Part shown: in pieces, positions 41,265-51,632 of the stretch
Layout: each line of letters begins with the position of its first letter
Numbering within the stretch: position 1 is the first letter of the stretch
Source: Candidatus Bathyarchaeota archaeon
Lineage (GTDB): Archaea; Thermoproteota; Bathyarchaeia; 40CM-2-53-6; CAVXDP01
Reading direction: 5' to 3'
DNA length: 64,000 bases
NCBI GenBank assembly: GCA_963760485.1
Contig: CAVXDP010000008.1
Location: 17,209 to 81,208 of the forward strand
Notes under the pieces: model-generated
The model's input: only the letters and a program-made list of their open reading frames with translations
Databases searched by the model: none
What the model was told of the DNA's origin: nothing
Program-made: the position numbers and the translations under genes

Positions 41265-41436
41265 CTGACCACTGAGTTTAGTCACCAGAAAACTGAAGAA
41301 GGATTTGGTAGCGGGGGATGTTACTGGGTCCCGTTTGAAGTGTGTGTATGCCCTAATGCGCTCTCTCTGGGGGTTCAGGGCCATGCAAAATCGATCTCCA
41401 CTTGCAAGAAGCTTTTGCATACGCCTTGGTTCGATG

Positions 41437-42617
41437 TCTTCGCTGGGTAGTGTTTTCTGTCGAATAGGCTACTGGTCATCTGCATGATACAAAGGCCTAT
41501 CCAATGAATCTCTTATAAGGATCCTCATTAGAAGGCCTTTGTATCTCTTCTAAGCATCCTCATTGGAAGGCCTTTGTATCTCTTCTAAGCATCCTCATTG
41601 GAAGGCCTTTGTATCTCTTCTAAGCGATCCTCATTGGAAGGCCTTTATATCTCTTCTAAGCATCCTCATTGGAAGAGCCTTTGTATCTCTTCTAAGCATC
41701 CCATGGATGCTTAGAAGAGCATATGAAGGCCTTCCAAGCATCAAGGATCCTTAGAAGGCCTTTGTATACTATAAGCCTTCCAATGAATGCCTTGGATGCT
41801 TAGAAGAGCATATTAGAAGGCCTTCCAATGAATACAAAGGATCCTTTAGAAGAGCCTTCATATGCCTTCTAAGAATCCTCATTGGAAGGCCTTTGTATCT
41901 CTTCGAAGAGATCCTCATTGGAAGGCCTTTGTATCTCTTCAAAGGATCCTCATTGGAAGGCCTATTGTATCTCTTCGAAGCATCCTCAATGGAAGGCCTT
42001 TGAAGAGATACATAAGCCTTCCTCAATGAAAGGATGCTTAGAAGAGATACAGAGGCCTTCCAAAGAATACATGGATGCTTAGAAGAGATACAAAGGCCTT
42101 CCAATGAATACAAAGGATGCTTAGAAGAGATACAAAGGCCTTCCAAAGAATACAAAGGATGCTTAGAAGAGATACAAAGGCCTTCCAATGAATACAAAGG
42201 ATGCTTAGAAGAGATACAAAGGCCTTCCAATGAATACAATGGATGCTTAGAAGAGATACAAAGGCCTTCCAATGAATACAAAGGATGCTTAGAAGAGATA
42301 CAAAGGCCTTCCAATGATACAAAGGATGCTTAGAAGAGATACAAAGGCCTTCCAATGAATACAATGGATGCTTAGAAGAGATACAAAGCCTTCCAATGGA
42401 ATACAAAGGATGCTTAGAAGAGATACAAAGGCCTTCCAATGAATACAAAGGATGCTTAGAAGAGATACAAAGGCCTTCCAATGAATACAAAGGATGCTTA
42501 GAAGAGATACAAAGCCTTCCAATGAATACAAAGGATGCTTAGAAGAGATACAGAAGGCCTTTGTATCATGCAGATGACCGGTAGCCTATTCGACAGAAAA
42601 CACTACCCAGCGAAGAC
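41437..42617. repeat. ~1.2-kb compound palindrome of tandem repeats
   Basis: The left array (about 41521-41700) holds about 5 tandem 35-bp units TCATTGGAAGGCCTTTGTATCTCTTCTAAGCATCC. The right array (about 42030-42555) holds about 13 tandem 42-bp units GGATGCTTAGAAGAGATACAAAGGCCTTCCAATGAATACAAA. These are the reverse complement of the left unit plus an ATACAAA insertion. A scrambled orientation-switching centre lies between them, and the whole structure is bracketed by a 60-bp inverted repeat (41437-41496 vs 42556-42617, 1 mismatch). ORFs inside it (MEGLCISSKHPLYS...) are repeat artefacts. Confidence 0.9.
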
Positions 42618-42753
42618 ACTAGACGCCTTTTCTCCTACATAATCAGAAACCTTTCCCCTTACAAGAGAAATGTTATACTGGCCAGGCCTGATAGTCTAGG
42701 TTAGTCTTTGGAAGTGCCTATTCTTCCAAATCTCTTCAGGGACCTGAGATAAC

Positions 42754-44043
42754 ATGAAACCGAAAGCTGTGAACTTGCCATACTGGGGGTTTGTCAAGGA
42801 CCCTTTGTACGGCTACGTCCGTCTAACGGATACGGAGAGGCGTATAATCGATACAGAACCGGTTCAGAGATTAAGAAGGATAAGACAACTTTCTGGGGCT
42901 GAGTACGTTTACCCGGCAGCAAATCACACAAGGTTTGAACATGCGTTAGGAACAATGTACCTTGCCGGAGTCTTGGCCGAAGCCCTTCCAGTCGATCTCA
43001 CCAAAGAAGATGTGGAAAAGCTCAAGATAGCGGCGCTGCTCCACGACGTAGGCCACGGGCCGTTTTCCCACGTCTTCGACCAGTTTCTGATCAAGCATTA
43101 TGGAAAGACCCATGAAGACATGACATCATGGATAATCAAGAGTTCCAGAGCAAGAGATATTCTTGAAGACGAGGGATTGGACTCTTCTGATTTAGCAAGT
43201 TTGTCAGTGGGGAAACTACACGACAAACAGAGGCCATTTTTTGATCAGGTAGTGTCTAGTGCCGTCGACGTTGACAAGATGGATTTTATTCCAAGAGACT
43301 CGTATCATACTGGTGCAGGATACGGCCAAGCTGACGTCTTCAGACTAATCTACACGATGGGCGTCTTGGAAGGAAACCTTGCCGTGGGCGTGACTGCCCT
43401 CCCAACTTTAGAGACGTTTCTGCTGGCGAGGCTTGAATCATTTAGAGCGATCTACTTTCATCGTGCTTCACGTGCAGTGCAGATAATGCTGGTGAAGGCC
43501 TTGGAGCAGGCCAAGGATGAGATAGGAGTCATCGATTTCAAATCTCCAGAGAACTATCTCGGTCTGGACGACTACACCGTGTGGTCCATGCTCAAGAGAT
43601 GTGAAGAATCAAAGCAGATATTGCATGACATCGAAACGCGGCGCCTGCTGAAATGTGCGTTCGAGAAAACGTTCTTTACAAGAGATGAAACAGTGACCAG
43701 CCTGTTTACCAACGAAGCAGTCCGGCATCAGATTGAGATGGAGATAGCGCGAAAAGCAAACGTTGACCCCAACGAAGTCATTATAGACGTTCCTTCACTT
43801 CCATCAGTCCCATACTCTCACTCTATTGGATCAGAACCCATGGATGTACCTATTTATGACAACTCGCGAACTAGAGAAAAAGCACCCAAGAGACTTGCAG
43901 AAATCTCGAGGGTAATCGATGTTCTTCGCGTTATCATGAACATAATCAGAATCTACACTGACGAAGCAAAGAGAGACAAAGTAGCTCGATCGTCAAGAGA
44001 GGTCTTGGGAAATCTGCCGGCTGAAACGAAGATATCATACTAA
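42754..44043 (+). CDS. HD-domain dNTP triphosphohydrolase (Dgt/SAMHD1-like)
   Basis: HD motif region FEHALGTMYLAG...LLHDVGHGPFSHVFD; 429 aa. Confidence 0.75.
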   Translation: MKPKAVNLPYWGFVKDPLYGYVRLTDTERRIIDTEPVQRLRRIRQLSGAEYVYPAANHTRFEHALGTMYLAGVLAEALPVDLTKEDVEKLKIAALLHDVGHGPFSHVFDQFLIKHYGKTHEDMTSWIIKSSRARDILEDEGLDSSDLASLSVGKLHDKQRPFFDQVVSSAVDVDKMDFIPRDSYHTGAGYGQADVFRLIYTMGVLEGNLAVGVTALPTLETFLLARLESFRAIYFHRASRAVQIMLVKALEQAKDEIGVIDFKSPENYLGLDDYTVWSMLKRCEESKQILHDIETRRLLKCAFEKTFFTRDETVTSLFTNEAVRHQIEMEIARKANVDPNEVIIDVPSLPSVPYSHSIGSEPMDVPIYDNSRTREKAPKRLAEISRVIDVLRVIMNIIRIYTDEAKRDKVARSSREVLGNLPAETKISY

Positions 44044-44242
44044 TCAAGTTCGCAAGGATCAACCGGCAACACTGCTTAACAGACCGATAATGACTAGGCT
44101 GAATGATAAGTTATGTCTGTCTCACAAAAATTACCCTAAAAACAACCTCGGCGACATAATCCAAGATTTTCTTTGAACGACAAAATGTCCAAGCCTTCTG
44201 CAATCGTTACGGCCTTGAAGAGAAGAAAAATCCTTGGCCCTA

Positions 44243-44587
44243 TCAAGTTTTCGTCTTTCTTGAGACAACATCCTCCAACAACTTGGCGAATAGTCTCAAA
44301 GCTTCTCCCTCGGGCAGAGTTGTTCGCACCGAGACTAGGCTCATCTTTCCAAACGCCGCTGAAACCCTCTCTGCCAAGGCTCTGCTAACAAGCAAGTAGC
44401 GTCCTCCAATGAGGACAGAAGAAGTCCCAATATCCACGCCACTACCCGATCTGGGAAGGGCGAAAGCCACTGTTCCTAAAGTCATCTCGTTTTCAAAGAA
44501 AAAAGCGACAGTGGCATTGTCCATCTCAAGTAGACTTACCTTCAGCAAGATTCCGTCTCGCTTCAGTTCTGCCTCTTTAAAACTCAA
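44243..44587 (-). CDS. hypothetical protein
   Basis: 114-aa ORF; no family recognised. Confidence 0.3.
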   Translation of the reverse strand: MSFKEAELKRDGILLKVSLLEMDNATVAFFFENEMTLGTVAFALPRSGSGVDIGTSSVLIGGRYLLVSRALAERVSAAFGKMSLVSVRTTLPEGEALRLFAKLLEDVVSRKTKT

Positions 44588-44667
44588 CTTTCAATACCAT
44601 CCGGGTTCAATTTCAAAATCAACATATTAAAGTACTGTTAGTTAAGCGGGGAGGGGGGCTGAAGGCT

Positions 44668-45359
44668 TTGAGACTGGTTGTAATCTCCGATATACATGCG
44701 AACTATGATGCTCTTGCCGCAGTGCTTCAGAAAATTCGTGACTTTGATTACCTAGTATGTCTAGGCGACTTGGTTGGATACGGCCCCCAACCGAACGAGG
44801 TCGTAGAGCAGATTCGTGATCTGAACCTAGAAGTAATTATCATGGGAAACCATGACTATGCAACGGTCACAGCTGATACAATAAATTTCGTTACACATGC
44901 AGCTCGAGCGATAGAATGGACGCGTCAAACACTCAAACCAGAAAACCTACACTTTCTATCGAAACTTCCACATTATGCAACCAAGACTCTTGGTGAGACT
45001 GTTGTCGCTTCTTATCATGGTAGCCCGAGAGATCCTCTAAATGAGTACGTCTATCCGGGGGAGCCTCAGTTCATGTTTCAAGCCCTAGTTGAAGAAGCCG
45101 CCGAAAGTTGCTGCTCTTAGGCCATACGCATATACCATTCCACTCATCCACTCCCTCTGGAGTTGTTGTTAACCCAGGAAGCATTGGTCAGCCTCGAGAT
45201 GGAGACGCCCGCTCAAGTTATGCCACAATAGAAATATCGAATGGCAACATCAACTGTTCGATTGAAAGAACCTCATACGACATAGAGTCAGCAGCGGGCA
45301 AGATTGTTCAAAAAGGCCTGCCAACATTTCTCGCTGACAGGCTATTTCTCGGAATCTAA
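44668..45359 (+). CDS. MJ0936/YfcE-type metallophosphoesterase, split by an apparent 1-bp deletion in the A-run at 45103-45106
   Basis: N-terminus MRLVVISDIHANYDAL...CLGDLVGYGP...MGNHD; second ORF LLLGHTHIPF...NPGSIGQPRDGD. The frames differ by one base. Confidence 0.65.
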
Positions 45360-45372
45360 TGTGACAGTTTTT

Positions 45373-46506
45373 TCACTCGAGATATGACAATTCGTTTCCA
45401 TGTTCGTCTATCTTGACGGCTCCAATCTCAACCTTAGAAAACCCTTTTGTCACAGGCGAGAAGACTTGGAATCCTTGTGAAACAATCTGCATTAGGACTC
45501 CTATGCCAAGGAGCCAATCATGATCGTCGAGTAGACCAACAAGTGAACCAACTAGTGACTGATCAACATCTTTAGGATTCACCATTTTCCCATCGCTGCG
45601 AAACACCTGAACCTTGTCAGCATTGACTGTTGAAAGCTTCCCATCTGTAAGGAATCTTCTGTACCCAAATTCTCTAAGTTGTTTTCTTTGATCCCTGCTC
45701 CTTCTTAGGACAGTGCTTGGCGAGCTTATTTGAAAAGATGAGGTCTTGGTCAGTTGCAGAAGGGGTTTGATCTCACTCTCCTTGCCTATTCCGACAACAT
45801 AGTCTGGTTCAATCGAATCAATAATGAGTTTCTTGTAGATGACTGCCTGATCGTCCAAGACCCATCCATCCGTGTTAACTACTAGCATGTCAACTTTCTT
45901 CGCATTGTTCAATAGTTTCTCGATTCCATCGATTACTCTGAGGGTGACCGGTTCAGGGCTAATATACCCTATGAAGTACAGAAGGGCAGGAGTTACTTCC
46001 GACAAGCTCACAAGATGGCTTTCAACAATTCCATATCCAATAGTTGCCGGTGGCCCTATGTCTGATTGGCCAAGATCAGCATCAAGGATTCCAGTCTTCA
46101 TCCCAGATTCTAGAGCGAGGTTAGCCAAGATCGTGCAGAAAGCACTCTTACCATTGTCAACATTTCCTACAACTACGGCTTTCCCTCTTCCAGTTTCCAA
46201 TATCGTCTGCGCAGTTTCCATCCAAGAATCAGGGACGCCATTTCCATCGATCTCACTGCATGTAGCAGAACTTGAAAGGTAGCAATCCAGCGTAGAGTCT
46301 TCTATCGCTTCTACCGGAAGCTGTTTTCCTTCAACTACGTCAATCCGACGTCCATTGTCCAATGGAGAAGCATAGATAGTTGCTTTGCCATCAATCAATT
46401 CTATCATTGATGGACCCGAAACTAGGAGAGTTCTCCCAGCCTTGACAATGATCTGCTTTCTTTCGAATGCAGATCTTGCTTTCGAATACTCAAATCGTTC
46501 GTTCAT
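45373..46506 (-). CDS. Clp1/Grc3-family polynucleotide 5'-kinase (archaeal Clp1)
   Basis: P-loop VVVGNVDNGKSAF; about 370 aa; family-typical N-terminal beta domain. Confidence 0.5.
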   Translation of the reverse strand: MNERFEYSKARSAFERKQIIVKAGRTLLVSGPSMIELIDGKATIYASPLDNGRRIDVVEGKQLPVEAIEDSTLDCYLSSSATCSEIDGNGVPDSWMETAQTILETGRGKAVVVGNVDNGKSAFCTILANLALESGMKTGILDADLGQSDIGPPATIGYGIVESHLVSLSEVTPALLYFIGYISPEPVTLRVIDGIEKLLNNAKKVDMLVVNTDGWVLDDQAVIYKKLIIDSIEPDYVVGIGKESEIKPLLQLTKTSSFQISSPSTVLRRSRDQRKQLREFGYRRFLTDGKLSTVNADKVQVFRSDGKMVNPKDVDQSLVGSLVGLLDDHDWLLGIGVLMQIVSQGFQVFSPVTKGFSKVEIGAVKIDEHGNELSYLE

Positions 46507-46531
46507 CTAGATAGTCAACTGGAGACAGGTA

Positions 46532-47473
46532 TCACTTACGCTTCCTTGATCTGCTTCTCTGCATTGCTGCAAGAACCATCATTGGAAAGATTATCGTTGC
46601 GTCGCCTAATACCGTCGCTAGATTACCTTTATTCGCTATCTTATTCCAGCTTATAGCCTCTTCAAGTGGGGCCCCACTCAGTCCTCCAGCTTCTGGACGA
46701 TCAAAAGTAATTTGGATGGCAGCATCAACTCCACCACGCAATATGTTGGCGGCTAGAACGTGATGTTTTGGTAATCCCCCGCCCAAAATTATGACTCCGA
46801 CCTTGTCTGCTTCGTAGGACATGTCGACGAGCTTGCTGAAATCGAGGAAGGGATTTATCCTAAGGGGTTTTGTTTGACTGAAGGTCCACAGGTTCATTCC
46901 AAGCATTGAATCATAGATTCCCGGACAGAAAATCGGCACAGTTCTAAGCATAGCGGTTCGAACGATAGAATCATCATCTCGGATCCGTTTACCAAATTCC
47001 CAGAGTAATTCGTAAGTAGAAATGTTCTTTCGTTTCTGTTCATCAATGTCCGGAAGAATCCTATACACTTCTTTCTCAAGTTTCTGATAGGCACTCTGAC
47101 TAACGTAGATGTCATATATCCGACCAATCTTCCGTCTTCTAAGCGTCGCATCATCGGCAGATGACATCCCAACGGTGTGACTGCAGCCTAAAGCTTCGAT
47201 CAGGTCATGTGTGACATTTGCACCGGTAGTTACAATCGCATCCAAAATGCGGTCATGAATGAGATCGCGAATAATCTGTCTCATGCCAGCTGGAACAAGC
47301 GGTCCTGCTAGGGTCAAGATGTTCGTGTATCGTTCGTTAGAAAATAGCTCTGAACATATGTCAACCGCCGATGAGAATCTGCCGGCACCCAGAACTCCAG
47401 ACCTACGCATTTCTTGCGCTAGGTCGCTTGTCGTCATTCCAGCTTGAAGTTTTATCTGCCTAATGCGACGCAT
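46532..47473 (-). CDS. dys: deoxyhypusine synthase
   Basis: 313 aa with the DHS-like core (...TLAGPLVPAGMRQIIRDLI...VTTGANVTHDLIEALG...). Confidence 0.75.
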   Translation of the reverse strand: MRRIRQIKLQAGMTTSDLAQEMRRSGVLGAGRFSSAVDICSELFSNERYTNILTLAGPLVPAGMRQIIRDLIHDRILDAIVTTGANVTHDLIEALGCSHTVGMSSADDATLRRRKIGRIYDIYVSQSAYQKLEKEVYRILPDIDEQKRKNISTYELLWEFGKRIRDDDSIVRTAMLRTVPIFCPGIYDSMLGMNLWTFSQTKPLRINPFLDFSKLVDMSYEADKVGVIILGGGLPKHHVLAANILRGGVDAAIQITFDRPEAGGLSGAPLEEAISWNKIANKGNLATVLGDATIIFPMMVLAAMQRSRSRKRK

Positions 47474-47511
47474 CGAAGCGACCTTTGCTGTTCACTCAAC
47501 AACTGAGCACT

Positions 47512-47919
47512 CTAGCCCTTTACTCTGACTATCTTGTTCTTGCCAAGCATGTTCCAGTATTCGACTTCAGCTCCTGAGATAAGTTTTCCCTGAAACTCAT
47601 CATCTTTAGGCATCTCAGTATCAAAAGTCTGGTATGTTTCCATATCCATCAACTGAAGCATATTTCCGCTAACTGAGATCACTTGTGCTGTCCTCTTCTC
47701 AATCATGGGAACCTCTATCTTTCCGTCTACGGGGCTTATGACATTCTTCTTCTGTCCAGTTAGAGCAGAGATACCGACTATCCTCGCCTTGGCCGCGCCA
47801 TGTTTTCCAGGTTTGGATTTTTCGTATTCAACTATCTTGCAGGGCTCTTCATCAATCACAATATAGTGACCAACCTTGAGGCTCCCGACATCAACCGGTT
47901 TACTCATTTCAATCGCCAA
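47512..47919 (-). CDS. eif5a: translation initiation factor 5A (aIF5A)
   Basis: Hypusination loop SKPGKHGAAK; 135 aa; adjacent to dys. Confidence 0.85.
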   Translation of the reverse strand: MAIEMSKPVDVGSLKVGHYIVIDEEPCKIVEYEKSKPGKHGAAKARIVGISALTGQKKNVISPVDGKIEVPMIEKRTAQVISVSGNMLQLMDMETYQTFDTEMPKDDEFQGKLISGAEVEYWNMLGKNKIVRVKG

Positions 47920-48015
47920 TCGAATATACGATTACAGCTAGACTTTCTGTATTCACAGGGCAGATCTATATAAGATCAGGAGTCTCTCGAAATCTGTCTT
48001 GTCGGACTAACTACC

Positions 48016-48414
48016 TCATTTCTGCCTAGGTAGATGAATCTCAAGGATTCCCCGTTTGAGTTTGTAAGTCATACCTTCTTCATTGACTGGAACTGGCATA
48101 CGAAGTACACTATGATACGAACTGAACTCGCTCTTTCTGTGTTTTACCCCCAATTCGTGTAGACGAATCTTCTGTTTCGTGCTCGCTTGCACCTCAATAA
48201 TGTCATCTGCCTTCACGCTGACTTGAACAGCGTTTGGATCAACGAATGGTAGGTCCATTGTGACAACTACTTCCGTGGCTCCGAGTATGATGTCTGAAAG
48301 TGGCTCTATGGTGGAGCGTGTCTCGTTCCATCCACCTGTAAGCATTCTCTCCGTTATCTGCTCGGTTCTTCTAAGATAGTCTGAAAAATTCAACTTTTTT
48401 CTTTCTTTACTCAT
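48016..48414 (-). CDS. small heat-shock protein (Hsp20/alpha-crystallin family)
   Basis: 132 aa; ACD-like core with C-terminal ...LEIHLPRQK (IxI-like). Confidence 0.7.
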   Translation of the reverse strand: MSKERKKLNFSDYLRRTEQITERMLTGGWNETRSTIEPLSDIILGATEVVVTMDLPFVDPNAVQVSVKADDIIEVQASTKQKIRLHELGVKHRKSEFSSYHSVLRMPVPVNEEGMTYKLKRGILEIHLPRQK

Positions 48415-48423
48415 AAGGCAACA

Positions 48424-49200
48424 CTACCCGTATAGAGGAGGAACATCACATTCCTGAGACTTGTTGATCCTCGCCATCTCGGTCTGAGTTCGCTTCATGA
48501 AGTCTTTGCTTCGTAGCCTAATCTCTTCCCCCTTATGCAAAAGCTCAGAAGTACCGACATTCAATCCTAGAATCATATTCACTGATTTCACGGCAGCCGC
48601 AGCAGCTTCAGGGTCTGGATAATTGTAAAAGGACTGCGTCAGAAGGGCAATCGCGGAAAGTCCGATCTCGGCACACTTCTTTAGCATCAATGCGTAGGCG
48701 CCTACGATGTATCCCTCACCGAGGATCTCCGCTGCACCATTGACTAGTTTTGAGAGCTTCCTATCAGAAAGAGCTGCAAAGACTTTGGGAACTTCGATGT
48801 CTTGACGGTTTTGCACAGCCATACCGCCTAATGACAATACTAGGTCTGCGCCTTTGGAAAATGACCAGTTCACTATTGCTTCTGAAATTGGATAGACCGC
48901 GCCTGCAGGTATGGCGGTCTCAGCGATCATTACGGCTAATTTCTCTTTTGCATAGATTCGAATTGGCGATTTAGGAACGCCATCATGAAGAACAACGAGA
49001 GGTGGAAACAACTCAGACTCCACAGTCCCAATCTCTTTCATCCCAAGTGATGAGACTATTTGTGATCCGGCAACGACTCCCACTAGTCCGACGTCAGGGA
49101 GGCCAGTCATAAGAGTGAACTTGCGTGGCAAGGGGGCGTTCTGAACGATTCTCACCGGCTCCATATCGTGACCCTGAGGTCGTGTTTCTCTTCTGGGCAT
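48424..49200 (-). CDS. PAC2-family protein (proteasome assembly chaperone-like, COG1938)
   Basis: 258 aa; LMTGLPDVGLVGVVAGSQIV N-terminal motif typical of archaeal PAC2. Confidence 0.55.
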   Translation of the reverse strand: MPRRETRPQGHDMEPVRIVQNAPLPRKFTLMTGLPDVGLVGVVAGSQIVSSLGMKEIGTVESELFPPLVVLHDGVPKSPIRIYAKEKLAVMIAETAIPAGAVYPISEAIVNWSFSKGADLVLSLGGMAVQNRQDIEVPKVFAALSDRKLSKLVNGAAEILGEGYIVGAYALMLKKCAEIGLSAIALLTQSFYNYPDPEAAAAAVKSVNMILGLNVGTSELLHKGEEIRLRSKDFMKRTQTEMARINKSQECDVPPLYG

Positions 49201-49407
49201 GTCTCTATCGAAAACTCCTATACTCTATGCGTAGAGTCAGAGTATAGTTCATTTAAGGTTGATGTGCATTTTCTTGTCATCAGACACTGAAACTGTTTTT
49301 TTTCGGAGAATTCGACTTCTGTCTTGTTGCAGACAATCAAGGTTTAAGAGGTTCAGACATGTTTTCTTCATCGTATTACTTTGGCGTAGAACTGTTGGGA
49401 AAATCCG

Positions 49408-50742
49408 ATGAGTGCACTTGAAAGCCTAGCAAAGTCTCTGAGTGACTCTGTAAAGAAACTCTTGAGACTGCCCGTGGTTGATGAAGCCGCTATCAAGGAA
49501 CTGGTTAAGGATCTTCAGAGAGCTTTGCTTCAGGCCGACGTGAATTTGAATCTTGTTCTAGAAATATCGAAGAATGTTGAGGAGAGATCGATTAAGGAGG
49601 TTCTTCCACCAGGGATTTCCAGAAGGGAGCATGTTGTTAAGGTCCTGTATGAGGAATTGACGAAGTTCCTGGGAGAGGAGCCCGCTAAGACTGATCTACA
49701 AGAGGGGAAATCCAACGTCATCATGCTGGTGGGCATTCAGGGAACAGGCAAGACGACTGGAGCTGTCAAGATCGCGAGGTATTACCAAAAGAGAGGTCTG
49801 AAAGCAGGCGTTGTCTGCGCTGATGTCTATCGTCCCGGCGCTTTCGAGCAACTGAAGCAGACGGCTGATAAGGTCGGGGTAACGGTCTATGGAGATCCTG
49901 GTGAGAAGAATCCTGAGAGAATCACGAGGGATGGAGTCGAGAAGCTAAGGTCAGAAAAGTTCGATGTCATTCTGATAGATACTGCTGGAAGACACAAAGA
50001 TGAGAAAGCTCTGATGGAAGAGATGAAGAGACTTTCCAAAGTAGTCAATCCTGATGAGATTCTTCTTGCAATTGACGGTACAATTGGACAACAAGCGATG
50101 GCGCACGCCAAGGCATTCAACGATGCAAGCACAATCGGTTCAATTTATGTTACGAAACTTGATGGGTCTGCAAAAGGTGGAGGCGCCCTTTCAGCTGTAG
50201 CCGCAACGGGTGCAAAAATAAAATTTGTTGGAACAGGTGAGAAGACTGAAGATATTGAACAGTTCATTCCATCCAACTTTGTGGGCCGGCTCCTGGGAAT
50301 GGGTGATCTTCAAGCTCTGCTGGATCGTGTGAAAGATGCTGAAGTGAACATCCCTGATGCTAAGATGAAGGCCTTCATGCAAGGGCGTTTTACACTCAGC
50401 GACCTCTATCACCAGATGGAGGGCCTACGTCGAATGGGGCCCTTGAGAAAGGTATGGAAGATGATGCCGGGAGGCATTAATGTACCTGACGATCAGATCG
50501 AGATAGCTGAGAAGAGACTTGATGATTGGAGAGTAATCATACAATCAATGCGAAAAGACGAAGTAGAGGATCCGAAGCTGATAGACTCTTCAAGAGCTCG
50601 CAGAATCGCTAGAGGTTCCGGAAAGGGCGATCGAGACGTCAAGGAGCTCGTGAACCAGTACTTCATGATGAAGAAGATGATGAAATCTCTAAAGAGACGT
50701 CAGCTAACTCTTGGGAAGAGAATGCCCTTTGCTGCCCAATAG
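49408..50742 (+). CDS. srp54: signal recognition particle protein SRP54
   Basis: N-domain plus GTPase with [19 protein letters not shown]; C-terminal Met-rich M-domain. Confidence 0.9.
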   Translation: MSALESLAKSLSDSVKKLLRLPVVDEAAIKELVKDLQRALLQADVNLNLVLEISKNVEERSIKEVLPPGISRREHVVKVLYEELTKFLGEEPAKTDLQEGKSNVIMLVGIQGTGKTTGAVKIARYYQKRGLKAGVVCADVYRPGAFEQLKQTADKVGVTVYGDPGEKNPERITRDGVEKLRSEKFDVILIDTAGRHKDEKALMEEMKRLSKVVNPDEILLAIDGTIGQQAMAHAKAFNDASTIGSIYVTKLDGSAKGGGALSAVAATGAKIKFVGTGEKTEDIEQFIPSNFVGRLLGMGDLQALLDRVKDAEVNIPDAKMKAFMQGRFTLSDLYHQMEGLRRMGPLRKVWKMMPGGINVPDDQIEIAEKRLDDWRVIIQSMRKDEVEDPKLIDSSRARRIARGSGKGDRDVKELVNQYFMMKKMMKSLKRRQLTLGKRMPFAAQ

Positions 50743-50802
50743 AGGAATACCCATATAAGCCATCCCGCTTCTGCAGTAGACGCACTACCGAAAGATTGAG
50801 CA

Positions 50803-51105
50803 ATGGTGGACCCTTTGGTTAAGAAATCTACCGGATACCGTTCTAGAACGAGAGCACTGTTTCGAAAGAACCCTAGGGAGAAAGGCAAGTTGGGTTTGAG
50901 TAGGATACTTAGAGCCTACAAGGCTGGGGACAAGGTTTGTGTAACAATTGATCCAAGCGTGCACAAAGGCATGCCTCACAGAAGATTTCAAGGCAGAGTC
51001 TGTGTAATCGAAGGAAAACGTGGCAGAGCCTATGTGGTTAGTCTAACAATAGGCAACAAAGAAAGAAGTCTGATAGTAAGACCGGAACACATTACTCCAA
51101 TGTGA
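50803..51105 (+). CDS. rpl21e: 50S ribosomal protein L21e
   Basis: 100 aa; KGMPHRRFQGRV motif. Confidence 0.8.
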   Translation: MVDPLVKKSTGYRSRTRALFRKNPREKGKLGLSRILRAYKAGDKVCVTIDPSVHKGMPHRRFQGRVCVIEGKRGRAYVVSLTIGNKERSLIVRPEHITPM

Positions 51106-51115
51106 GTGAGCGATA

Positions 51116-51454
51116 ATGCCGCGAAAAGTGATTGAGGAGAAGAGAGTTGCAGTAGCAGATGCTAGAAAGGTCCTTGAGAAAGCAAAACCGGAAGAACTAG
51201 GCGAATTTCAAAGACGCACACTGGACTATACGGTGAAGTTTTCGAAACTGCCTGGACAAGAAGCATCGAAACTTACGGATACATTGGTTAGCCAGTTCAA
51301 GCTTGAAAGATCTGACGCCATACAGATTGTCAACTGTATGCCAAACACGGCAGAAGAGCTAAGGGCTATCCTCGCGGTCAAGGGTCGGCTAATCCCCATC
51401 ACTCAGCTGGATGATGTTCTGAAAGTAGTCAACAATCATCGCAAGGCAGAGTAG
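51116..51454 (+). CDS. rpoF: DNA-directed RNA polymerase subunit F (Rpb4-like)
   Basis: 112 aa; conserved position after L21e and before DUF655. Confidence 0.6.
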   Translation: MPRKVIEEKRVAVADARKVLEKAKPEELGEFQRRTLDYTVKFSKLPGQEASKLTDTLVSQFKLERSDAIQIVNCMPNTAEELRAILAVKGRLIPITQLDDVLKVVNNHRKAE

Positions 51455-51632
51455 CGCGGTTTCGTTCGCAACCTATTTTAACTTCAACGGGATCTACTTT
51501 TAGCGGAAAAGTGATGGTGGATTCTATGCTGCTCAACCCGACGTCAGGTGGGACTGAAAGACCACTAGATCACAGAGTGGAAACACTGAATCCATTCGAA
51601 TAGTTTCTGAACCCAAGAAGGGAGCAAGAAAG

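Noticed and set aside
41563-42531. ORFs encoding repetitive proteins (MEGLCISSKHPLYSLEGL..., ...HWKAFVSLLSIL...)
   Set aside because: They lie entirely within the tandem-repeat array on both strands and all frames. Their amino-acid periodicity simply mirrors the 35/42-bp DNA period.
41437-42617. Possible CRISPR array (many direct repeats of 35-42 bp)
   Set aside because: Units are contiguous head-to-tail with no unique spacers. The two halves are mutually inverted, and no cas genes are nearby.
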